DNA from: Candidatus Aenigmarchaeota archaeon LH_S6 | GTDB taxonomy: Archaea; Aenigmatarchaeota; Aenigmatarchaeia; QMZS01 | Length of the DNA stretch: 47,820 nucleotides | Assembly (NCBI GenBank): GCA_023659935.1 | Contig: JAGXOK010000003.1 | Span: 1-47,820 of the forward strand | Reading direction: 5' to 3' | The notes under the pieces: generated by a model | The model's database searches: none | What the model was told of the DNA's origin: nothing | Seen by the model: the letters and a program-made list of their open reading frames with translations, nothing else | Program-made: the position numbers and the translations under genes | In this document: positions 19,134 through 29,400 of the stretch, one piece after another | Layout: every line of letters begins with the position of its first letter | How positions within the stretch are numbered: position 1 is the stretch's first letter

Positions 19134-19652
19134 TTAATCATATACTCTCTTGACCAAAGTTGAGCCACAGGCGTTTCTTATTAGGTTATATTGTTCAAAT
19201 TCGTTTTTTTTGGCAAAATTTGGGCTCTTGTCTGCCCACTTCTCCCTTAATTTGTCTATTCCAGATGTTCTACAGTCAGATTTAAGATATTTCATTGTTT
19301 CCAGGTCTTTTTCTAAAATTTCGGGTTTTGTCCAAGGATTTTGTGGCGGATTCTCTTCACTTTCCACACAGTTTGAGTACCATCTCGAACATTCTCTCTC
19401 AACTTCATCATAAACAAAAATAGTCTCTACCTCATTCATAAACTTCTCACATGTATTAACAAATTTTTCTGTCCCATACTTTACAACTTCTTCCGCAGTA
19501 AAAACCAAGGGATTTGCCATTCTCTCATATAACCCTTTTTTATCTGTTATTACTTTAATCATACCAAGTGCAGAGGTAATAACAAAAAGTAAAACTACAA
19601 CAAGAATAACTAATAAAACAGCATTTTTTGCACTTCCTTTCATCATTTGCAT
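19134..19652 (-). CDS. Pilin-like (class III signal peptide-like) protein
   Basis: MQMMKG/SAKNAVLLVILVVVLLFVITSALG. Several in-frame ATGs overlap the upstream stop (19643-19645), so the exact start is uncertain. Confidence 0.55.
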   Translation of the reverse strand: MQMMKGSAKNAVLLVILVVVLLFVITSALGMIKVITDKKGLYERMANPLVFTAEEVVKYGTEKFVNTCEKFMNEVETIFVYDEVERECSRWYSNCVESEENPPQNPWTKPEILEKDLETMKYLKSDCRTSGIDKLREKWADKSPNFAKKNEFEQYNLIRNACGSTLVKRVYD

Positions 19653-19906
19653 TTTGACATAAGAGCCCCAAGATTCTTACAATAAGATTTGCATTCTGAT
19701 ATTGTATTACATTCTGATATTAAACGGGAAGGAATTGGTTCTTCACAGTTCCACATTTCACAAACTGTCTTTAATTCAGTCTTATTTTGAAAATCAAATA
19801 TATATTGGCCCTGAAATTTAAAAATCAAAAAGCCACTCATAATAAAAACTAGAGTTACTAATATCAAAATTCCAAACAATATATTCCATTGCACACCTTT
19901 TATCAT
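19643..19906 (-). CDS. Small pilin-like Cys-rich protein (87 aa)
   Basis: MIKG/VQWNILFGILILVTLVFIMSG, followed by a Cys-rich tail (CEMWNCEE...CNTISECKSYCKNLG). Confidence 0.55.
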   Translation of the reverse strand: MIKGVQWNILFGILILVTLVFIMSGFLIFKFQGQYIFDFQNKTELKTVCEMWNCEEPIPSRLISECNTISECKSYCKNLGALMSKCK

Positions 19907-19908
19907 AA

Positions 19909-20073
19909 TTAAGATAATATTCCTATAAATGGACTAAGCACACTTTGAATTATTTCAGTGATCTTATCTGTAATAGGTAAAAATCCTCCAGTTATAATCA
20001 TCATTGCTACAACAAAAATAATAATTAAAGCCACTATACCAAGAACTGGTGAGATATGGAAATCCCCTTTCAT
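19909..20073 (-). CDS. Small pilin-like protein (54 aa), below the ORF-track threshold
   Basis: Hand translation gives MKG/DFHISPVLGIVALIIIFVVAMMIITGGFLPITDKITEIIQSVLSPFIGILS. It begins 3 nt after the stop of 20077..22638 and ends 2 nt before the next ATG. Confidence 0.5.
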   Translation of the reverse strand: MKGDFHISPVLGIVALIIIFVVAMMIITGGFLPITDKITEIIQSVLSPFIGILS

Positions 20074-20076
20074 AAT

Positions 20077-22638
20077 CTATTCATACAAATCTTTTATCTC
20101 CTCAATTATATTGTTCATTTCAAAAGATTTATTAAATTCTGAAGTAGCACAAATTTTACTCCAATCTCCCTTACAAGGATAGGTCCAGGGATTTCCTGAA
20201 GACTTGTCCCAGTCAACAATGTAAATCGGATTTGACCAGACTTCATCATAAACATTTCTCCATACATATGGGTTGTCTACTGAAACTATATTTTCTTCTT
20301 TAGTCAAATTCACAAATTTATCATAACCTACCTCAAATTTTTCTGGTCCAGTTATTGTATTAGTAATAAAGTCTTTAACTTCAGGAGGACTGCTAAATAA
20401 AGTGGCGTTTCCACCTGTTGGCTCAGAAATATTATAAAATAAATCTTTTAACTGGCTACTTATCCCTGTACTCCGGTTACCCCATAAACCAAAGATTGTC
20501 ACATTATTTTCTATTGCTGCATCCGCTGCTTTTTTTACAGAGGAACTATCATTTGTAGAACAAGAGACACCCCCACAAAAAGAGAATTCATCACTAGCAA
20601 CAAACAAAATTTTTGATAATATATCTTCTCTCCAAGAATGATTTTTTACAGCCCATTCTGCTCCTGGACCCCAACTTTCCATATAACAGTTACTATCACT
20701 ACAATCAAGAGACAAACCCAAATCTGAATTTATATCCGAACAATTGAGTAAAACATAAGGACAAGATGGGGTAACACCTATACGTTTACTTTTTTCACCA
20801 AGAGCATATAAAGTAATATTTAATTTGTAATCCTCTTCCTCAAGTTCTACTTTTATATCATCTATAATATCACATAAAGTATCCCACTCACCATCCATAC
20901 TCCCACTTGTATCAGTAACAAAAACCAAATCCACAGTTTTCTGGAAAGTTATAAACTCTGGCTTATTGTACTGTCTCGCAGCCCATTCACAACCTTCCTG
21001 GCATTTTGTAATTTTTGTTCCATTTCCATAATACCCATCCCTTGAAGCGCAGAAAGTTTTGCACAGAACAAAAGGATTATCTAACTCTGAATCTGTTCTG
21101 TGGGTTGTTGAGCAGTTACATCTTTTGTCACAATCATTTTCATCTTTGCATTTATTATCTTCTCCTTTACACCCTATATCACTATATTCACAAACTTCAT
21201 CACAGCACTGACTATAACAACAATAATTATTTGGATTATAGCAACTTTCTCCTGGATGAGGTTCTTTTGTTGTAATTGTTGCCACAGCCCAAGCAAGACC
21301 TCTGTAATCTGGTTTTAAATCTAAATTACCAATTTTAAAAGTTGAATAATTTCCCGTCTTTATCTGGAAGGTTGATTTCTCTATTTTAAGGAATTTTTCA
21401 CAACCATGTTTTTGGTCATCACCTGTTAAAACCGATTCTTCCTCACAGAAGAGATAATTTGCCAGGTCAAACTCTTTATCTTTAAAAGTATCATTACAAT
21501 AATAACAACCGCATTTATCTTCACAATCTTTAGCATTTCCTGTTTCAACAAAACAGTCCCTGTAGCAGTTCATCTCTTTTCCTTTTTTACAACCAAGAAT
21601 ACAGTTTCCAGAATCTCCCTCAAAATCTTCACTATTACAATAGTTTTCACAGATTTTTGAAGAATCTTCATCATAATATCTCTGTTCTGTGTAGCAATCA
21701 CATTCTATTCTGCAATCACTTTCAGTACCTGCAGTTCTACAATCTTTATAACAATCCCAATTATCCCCAATATAACAACTTCTTTCTCTTCCAGCAATTT
21801 TGTTAGATGGCTGGTCATCAAGAAAAGAAACAAAATTCTTACAACCCTCTTTTTTATCATGATTTAAATTATCACAATCATCAGCTTTTTCAGCATTCAA
21901 GTTTGCAAATTTACAACCTTCTTCGCAACTTATTTGTTCTTTACCTTCATAATCATCACCACATTCTTCTTTGCACCTTGATAAAGGAGAAGTAGAATTA
22001 AAAATCCTTGCACTAACTTTTTCAACAGTTTTTTCTCCTCTTAATTTGATTCCACCATACAAAGAAAGTTTTGGTTTTTTTCCGGGTTCAACAACAATAA
22101 CAGAAGGCTGCCCTCTTATTTCTACAAAACTCTGTTTTTCCAAATCTTTCCCGATACTTGATTTATATTCCGTTCCAAAATCAAGACTCCTTCTTTCTGT
22201 TAAAAAATCTTTTCCTTCCCATCCTGGTACATCTTTATCCAAACAAAGACAGCCTGGTCTGAGGAAGTTATAGCAGTAGCCATTTAACTTGATTCCATGA
22301 GGTAAAGAGTCATTAATATCTTGCCATTCTATTTCTTTATCCTCGCCAGAAAAACCCTGCTTTTTTTCTACAATGAAACAATTATCCCACATAGTTTTGT
22401 TTTCGGTTTTTAAATTTCCTTTTAGATTCTTAAAATCGGTTTTATCTATATCAGGGGGAATAAAACAACCCAAAGAAACTCTGTCAGAAACAATAATATC
22501 TGTTCTTTCTCTAACATCCTCCAAAAAAGGGATATCTTCAGATTTATTTTTAATTTCACCCCAGAAATAAACACATATAACCAAGACTGTAAGAGCAAAA
22601 ACTACTGAAAACAAAATCAAGAAAGTTGTCCGTTTCAT
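20077..22638 (-). CDS. Large Cys-rich secreted protein with C-terminal von Willebrand factor A (vWA) domain
   Basis: N-terminal signal anchor MKRTTFLILFSVVFALTVLVICVYFW. A long CxxC/Cys-rich middle section. vWA MIDAS motif VDLVFVTDTSGSMDGEW, then ...ILFVASDEFS... Its start forms an ATGA overlap with 22635..22826. Confidence 0.75.
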   Translation of the reverse strand: MKRTTFLILFSVVFALTVLVICVYFWGEIKNKSEDIPFLEDVRERTDIIVSDRVSLGCFIPPDIDKTDFKNLKGNLKTENKTMWDNCFIVEKKQGFSGEDKEIEWQDINDSLPHGIKLNGYCYNFLRPGCLCLDKDVPGWEGKDFLTERRSLDFGTEYKSSIGKDLEKQSFVEIRGQPSVIVVEPGKKPKLSLYGGIKLRGEKTVEKVSARIFNSTSPLSRCKEECGDDYEGKEQISCEEGCKFANLNAEKADDCDNLNHDKKEGCKNFVSFLDDQPSNKIAGRERSCYIGDNWDCYKDCRTAGTESDCRIECDCYTEQRYYDEDSSKICENYCNSEDFEGDSGNCILGCKKGKEMNCYRDCFVETGNAKDCEDKCGCYYCNDTFKDKEFDLANYLFCEEESVLTGDDQKHGCEKFLKIEKSTFQIKTGNYSTFKIGNLDLKPDYRGLAWAVATITTKEPHPGESCYNPNNYCCYSQCCDEVCEYSDIGCKGEDNKCKDENDCDKRCNCSTTHRTDSELDNPFVLCKTFCASRDGYYGNGTKITKCQEGCEWAARQYNKPEFITFQKTVDLVFVTDTSGSMDGEWDTLCDIIDDIKVELEEEDYKLNITLYALGEKSKRIGVTPSCPYVLLNCSDINSDLGLSLDCSDSNCYMESWGPGAEWAVKNHSWREDILSKILFVASDEFSFCGGVSCSTNDSSSVKKAADAAIENNVTIFGLWGNRSTGISSQLKDLFYNISEPTGGNATLFSSPPEVKDFITNTITGPEKFEVGYDKFVNLTKEENIVSVDNPYVWRNVYDEVWSNPIYIVDWDKSSGNPWTYPCKGDWSKICATSEFNKSFEMNNIIEEIKDLYE

Positions 22639-22826
22639 GTGAAGAGAAGGCTTGACATAGCGCCTTTGGTGAGAGAAAGAAATACAGAGACGATATTATT
22701 AAGAAAATCAAAAGCGAGTTGTCCTTTCCCTGTCATAAGAGCAAGTAATATAATGAGAGGTAATAAACAAATAATAAAATAAATAACATATTTAGGGATA
22801 TCTATTCCTTTCATTTTGTATTCCAT
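22635..22826 (-). CDS. Small pilin-like membrane protein, first gene of the operon
   Basis: MEYKMKG/IDIPKYVIYFIICLLPLIILLAL, followed by a second KGQLAFDFL motif. Confidence 0.5.
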   Translation of the reverse strand: MEYKMKGIDIPKYVIYFIICLLPLIILLALMTGKGQLAFDFLNNIVSVFLSLTKGAMSSLLFT

Positions 22827-22930
22827 TATTTAATTAATTTTTTAATATAAATCTCTACAGCAGTTTTAACCTGATTAAAACAAACCTTGTTAAAAACTTA
22901 TATTAGTTAATTCTTTTTTTGGATTAATTT

Positions 22931-23413
22931 ATGGCAATAGAGAGAACTTTTGTGGCAGTAAAGCCAGACGGTGTGAGGAGAGGTTTAATTGGAGATATTA
23001 TAAAAAGATTTGAGCAGAGGGGTCTAAAAATTGTTGGTTTTAAAATGATTTGGGCTGACGAAAAATTCGCAGCTGAGCATTATTTTGAACATAAAGATAA
23101 ACCTTTTTTTGGAAATTTGAAAGAATATCTGAAAAGTGGCCCTATTGTTGCAGCAGTAGTAGAAGGAGCTGATGCGATAGATGTCGTAAGAAAAATTGTG
23201 GGTCCAACTTCAGGAGATGTTGCTCCACCTGGAACAATAAGAGGAGATTTTGGACATATGGGAATAAAACATGCTGATGGAAAAGGTAGAATCTATTTCA
23301 ATTTAGTTCATGCTTCTGACAAAAAAGAAACCGCTGAAAGAGAAATTAAATTATGGTTCAAACCAGAAGAATTGCATAGCTACAAAAGGGTAGATGAAGA
23401 AGAAGTTATGTAA
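22931..23413 (+). CDS. ndk: Nucleoside diphosphate kinase
   Basis: ERTFVAVKPDGVRRGLIGDIIKRFEQRGLKIVG..., GTIRGDF, and the catalytic-His motif NLVHASD. Confidence 0.95.
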   Translation: MAIERTFVAVKPDGVRRGLIGDIIKRFEQRGLKIVGFKMIWADEKFAAEHYFEHKDKPFFGNLKEYLKSGPIVAAVVEGADAIDVVRKIVGPTSGDVAPPGTIRGDFGHMGIKHADGKGRIYFNLVHASDKKETAEREIKLWFKPEELHSYKRVDEEEVM

Positions 23414-23421
23414 AGAGTAGG

Positions 23422-26400
23422 CTAAACCTTAATTTCTACATACATTTGTCCAATCATAGATTTACATAAAACTCCTGTTATTGTATTTTCACCCTCCTTA
23501 AGTTCCTTATTACTGAAAATATAAATATCTCCTGTTTCATCTCTTATTTTATAAATAAACTCTTCTTTGGAGGTCTTCTGAATAAATGAAACTTCACCTT
23601 TGAGTGTTACTTCTCTATTAACAAATTTAGGATCACTTATCATTTGTTTTATTTTGAGTTTTTTCCTTTTTATATTAACTTTATCTTTTAGTTTTATTTT
23701 TCCAAATTTATGTTTTAATTTTGTTACCAAACCTTTTAAGTATCTAAAAAAAGAAACAGGTAAAGATATAATCCAGATTAACAAAGCAGTTGGAACTAAT
23801 TTTTCTTTTAAAAGAGATTCCTTATTTTCTTTTTTCCCTCTTATTTTCCCCCTAACCTCAAAAATCGTTTGTTGGGTTTTGACTAAAATATCTTTAAATG
23901 TTTTTTCATTAATTTTCCTTAAAAAATATTTTTTTTCTGTTTCTTTTCTTGAATTTACAAGTCCCTGCTTTTTTTCTTCCAAGCTCCTTATTTCCCTACT
24001 AAGTCTAAAATGAGGATAAATAATTTGAGTTATTAAATAAGAGAATATTAAGGTAAGAATCACTAGTAAAATTAAGCTCCATTTGTTTTCGAGTAGGAAC
24101 TTTTTTATTTTTAAGGTCAAAAGTTTGTTCTCTATATAACCAACTTTTAAGTTAATTTCATCTGTCTGTTTTTTTAGGTTATCTAGACTATCTGTTTTTA
24201 TGCTTAAAGTTGAATTCTCAATAAGTGTTTTTATTTCTCTTATTTTTATCTCTAAATCAGTAACATCAACTCCAGTTTCTTTATATTTCTTTATTTCTTC
24301 TTCTAATTTTGGTAATTTATTTTTAATTGATTTTAAATAAGAAATAGAAGGATTTTCTTTAACAACTATTCTCAAATTTTCTTCTTTCTCTACTCCCTCA
24401 CTTTCTACCTTAAACTTTATTGAATACTCTCCTGCCCCTTGAGAAAGATTGGGATGAACTAAAATTGGTAATACTTTTGTTTCCTTTTTCTCAAGTTCTA
24501 AACTCTTGGTATAATTTAAATCACAACATTCTTTCTCTGCTGAAATTGTTAAAGAAAGTTTTGCTCCTCCTATATTCTCAAGTTTTATTGAATCTTTTTT
24601 TGTTTTTCCCTGGTCAATTTCTAGTATTTCTTGATCAATTGAAATTCTAAAATCTTTTTCTGGTATACAAACAGGATTATAAACACATTGTTTTTCTGCT
24701 GAACAACCAGCTGGATTACATACTCTTGTTTGATACTTCTCTGTTGCGGAGCAGTTAGATAAACCACAGCCTTTATCTTTCCACTCTGTGCAGGTACAAT
24801 TAGTTATTCCTGGAACACCACCATTGCCCCCAGTAGTGGTCTCACCGCCTGTTTTGCTTTCCCCCTCTGGGGTTTTGGTTGTTGTGAACATCCTCCCTGT
24901 ATACCCAAGATTTCCACCAAAATAAGAACTTGAATAAACAAAAATTTCAAAGTTCTCGTTTGGAGCTGTAAAGATAGAACTGCCTTTATAACGTCCTGTT
25001 TCTGAATCAAAAGTTAATCTTGCATAATCTTTAGTGCACTTTGGACAATAAGCAGTCACAGCAGCACCCTCTACAACTTCACTGTGCATATCTACTACAG
25101 AGACATTCATATCTACTCCTGTATTTGGAGGATAGTACCCTGTTTCCGGGTAAATAATTTCTGTAGGAATTTCTTCAGAGACAACAAAACTCTCATCGTA
25201 TTCTCCTTTATTTCCATTTTTCTTTACATTTACATAAATTATATAATCTGTAGAAGCAGCACTTGTTTTGTCAGCTCCAGGCTCATCTTCTGGTTCTATC
25301 TGATAACTTCCAAAGTTTGTAATAGTATTGTTAACTAAGGTAACATTCTCACCATCCTTGTTAAGTATTAAAGTTAGATTAAATCCTTCTACAGATAAAT
25401 TTCTAACATCTTTTACAGATACATTGAAATCTATTTTATCTCCTTTGTTGTAAGGATTGTAGGTAAGTGTAACTGTTTCATATTTATTTGTTACATTAAA
25501 TTCCTCTGTTGTTGTATTTGTACACTTACCAGCAAGATTACAAGAATAAATTTTAAATTCGTAAGTTCCATTTTCAGTTGTTCCATTAAAGTTTATCTCA
25601 TACAAATTATTTGGGTTTAAAGTTGCAGAGATATTATTCTTGGTAGTATTATACGGCCATGTTACTTCAACAGAAACATTCTTTATCGCTGTTTCATTTT
25701 CTGTTGTATTTATTACAAATTTATTTATATTATTCAAATTTGTCTTATTATAATAGTTAAATTTGTTTATTTCTGGAGGGGTATTATCATTTTGAATTAC
25801 GCTAATATTTATACTTTTGCTTTTGCTTTCATTCAGATTTGGAGAATAAGCTGTTATATTTATCGTTGTAGTTCCATTCGCTGTTGAATCAATTGGGAAA
25901 AATACTCCCTTACCCTGATAATTGTCTTTCCATAAAATATCCCCTATATTACTTGTTTTATTTGTTGAGTTTATAATGATTTCATTTTCTATGGATATGT
26001 TTACAGATATATTTAATAAATCACCCTTGTTAGGAACAATAAATATTGGGAGATCGTAACTTGTGTTTTCTACAAGAGTTCTGTCTTCAGCATTTATTGA
26101 AATGTTTCCATAAGATACATTAAAGTTCGCCTGCTCTGTTTTATTGATTTTTGAACTTAATATTACTGTTGTATTTACAGAGTAATTTCCAGAAAGATCA
26201 ATATTTGAATAATTTCCATTATAAAGATAGATGTTGTTGGTCTCATTTTCAAAATTAAAATTTATAGTTTCAATTGAATTATCTGGTTTTGAAATTTTTG
26301 CTTCCACTTTAGAGATTGCGGAAGCATTTCCTGATATATTTGCGGAAAAAATTTGGGTTTTATTTATTTCTATTGATTGATTAGAGAGGGAAGAACTCAG

Positions 26401-29400
26401 GTTTAATTCAATAATTTCAAAGAAATCTGTTAAGTTAACTTCTTCCAAATTTCCAGAGGTATCATTCAGATAAATTTTTGTTATATTATAAGTTCCTAGA
26501 TTATCGGTTTTATTTGTAAATTTCCAAATATCAAATTCTGTATATTGGCTTTCTAAGTTTAAACTTTTATTTGTATAATTACTATTATTAAATATTTCAG
26601 CAAAAACATTTTCTATTTCAACATTATCTTTTGCCTTAACAAAATATTCTACTGTCTCATTTTTGTTGAAACTCTTGTTTATTGAAGTATTTATATCTGA
26701 AATAAAATTATCTAGGTTTGAGCTCCAAGATTTCCCTAAAAGTTCTGGTAGTTTTATATCTTCAACTTTAACTTTGTAACTTTTTGTTGTTGTATAATTT
26801 CCTGTACCCTCTTCTACTCTTATATTTAATGTATAGATCCCTACATCTGATATATTGAAATCAACTTCTGTATAATTCGAGGAATCTGATTCCAAGTCTC
26901 CTAAAGATACACTTTTTTCCTTTATACCTGAACTTAAATTAAATAAAACATTATAAGCCTCTCCTGTATGATTTGTAAGATTTTCATTTTTTATCGTAAA
27001 ATTTAAATAAAATCCTCTACTCTGATTCACAATACAAGTTTTTTCATTGAAAGAATTGCACCTGTTACAGGTTATATTGGTAATATTTAATAGAGGTGTT
27101 TTTATCTTTGTTGTCTCTGAATAATTTTTTCCTAGAAATTCCAGATTCCAGGTTGAATTTAAATCTTGGCTTGGAGTTCCTACACTTATACTTGTATTTA
27201 ACTTTAATCCGGTTATATTCTGACCGACTGTTACGTTTGGGTTACTAAAATTACAATTTACACAATTCCAAGAGGTGAGGTTGCTATAATAATCTGAATC
27301 TGGAATATATAAAGTTAAGTTCTGATTTGAAACTGTTTTGTTGAAATTGAAAGTTAAATTAAAACTTGAATCTCTTCCAGCGTCAATTTCATTATTTTCT
27401 CCAAAATCTATTTCAACTGATGGTTCAACAACTTTAAAACTTAAATTTAATTCGGTTTCATTTAAGTTTCCTAAGGAATCATTTGCAAATACCTTTGTGA
27501 TATTATATAAACCTATTTCTGTTGGAGTTATTGAGGTAGTCCAAGTTCCATTTGTTTGATCTCCACTTTTTAAATCTAGTATTTTTATTTCACTTGTAGA
27601 ACTATTTGTTATGTTAACTGAAACTTTGCTCACCTCTCTTAAATCAGTAATATCTGTAGAAAAATTAACTGAGTCCCCAAGATAAATTCTACTATCATTA
27701 AAATTCTGATCCTCTGATATATTTATTATGCAATCTCTTATCTCTGGAGGTTTCTTATCAATTCTTATCAAAGAAGAGTTTTTTATTGTTTCGTTATTTC
27801 CTGCTTTGTCTAAACTGTAATAGCTAATATATTTTTCACAGATTTCTCCTTCTTCACAAGTTATATTTATTTTAGTAGTGTCATTGTAAGTAACATTAAG
27901 AGTACAAGTTTCAGATTTGTTTGCAATACAATAGTAAGTAGAATTGCAGCCTGAACCTTCATCTGAGCAAGTTAATTCTATTGTTTGGTTTTTTCCATAC
28001 CAAGGTTCACTTACACTTGAGTTATCTGTTGTGTTTGGAACTTGTTTATCAATTCTTATTTCCTCTGAAGTTTTTATATTTTCTAAGTTTCCTAAAGTAT
28101 CATTACTTCTATACCTTATGTAATTTTTACAAACATATCCTTCATTGCAACCAATTTTTATTTTATTTGTATTGTTGTAAATATCTGTTGGCTCACAAGT
28201 TCCTGAGGTATCAACACAGTATGAAGTTGTGTTGCAGCCTGAGCCTGAATCTGAGCAATTTAATTCTATTGTTTGGTTTTTATTTGTCCATTCTGAGGAA
28301 GAATTGTCTGTTGTGTTTGGAGCTTGTTTGTCAATCAAAATTAAATTTGATTTATTTACATTTTCTTGATTTCCTACTGTGTCATTAGAATGATAAAAAA
28401 CTGTTTTGTTACAGGTATTATCTTCTGAACAACTAACTTCTACTGGATTTTGGTAATTTTGATTTGGTGTGCAATTTCCATCTGAGTTATTTATACAATA
28501 CAAAGTTTTATCACATCCTGAACCAGAAGTTCCATCAGATAAATTTGGATCTAAACAAGTTAAATTAACAATTTTATTCTGTTTAAACCAAGTACTGTTC
28601 CAAGTTGAATTTGTACTATCTGTTGTGTTTGGAGCTACTCTATCCACTGAAAACCAATTTAAGTCTGTTCCCTCATTTCCATTGGTCTGATTAGCATAAA
28701 AACTTAGGTTGTATTTCCCATCCGACCAATCAGAGATATTTATAAAATCGGTGAAAGAGAATTCTGCCTGATTTGTAGCAGTTGAGTTATTGGCTGCAGT
28801 ATCTCCTGTTGAATTTGTTATGTTATAAGAGGCAAAAGAAAGATTATTATTAGAGGTTGCAACTGCAGTTAAATTTAAATCAAAACTTTGATTTAGATAA
28901 ATCATTTTAGGATAATAAATAACAACGGAAGGTAAAGAGTTATCAACAGTAAAATTTCTGCTAGTATTATATTTTGGATTCCCTAAAGAATCATTTGCTG
29001 AAACAAGAAAAGTAACATTTTCCCTTTCTGAAATATCTGCTGTGCTATTCCAAGTTGTATCAAAATCCCCAGTTAAATTTCCTTCATCAAAAACTTGGCT
29101 TTTGTTTGTTTTGTTCACAATTTTATACCAAGATTCATTTACTCCAACATCTTCTGTTATTGTTGTTTCTAAACTTACAATTCCAGATTTTGTTTCATTT
29201 TCTTCGGGACTATCTATCGAAATTTCAGGAGGTTTTTTATCAATTTTTATTTGATTTGAGGTTTCTATATCTTCTAAATTTCCAAGAGAATCATTACTTC
29301 TATACCTTATGTAGTTTTTACAAACTTCCCCCTCATTGCAACCAATTTCTATTTTATTTGTACTACTATAAGTTATATTTGGTGTACAAGTTCCAGTTGT

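Noticed and set aside
19150-22570. Plus-strand ORFs 19150..19413, 19958..20182, 21015..21275, 21807..21995, 21971..22273 and 22373..22570
   Set aside because: All are antisense to the tightly packed minus-strand operon. 19958..20182 in particular is the antisense of the hand-found small pilin-like gene 19909..20073.
22827-22930. Archaeal BRE/TATA promoter calls in intergenic regions (for example 22827..22930, 8485..8564, 10100..10143, 33780..33820)
   Set aside because: TATA-like A/T strings are everywhere in this very AT-rich DNA. Without transcription-start data I cannot distinguish real boxes from background, so I made no promoter features.
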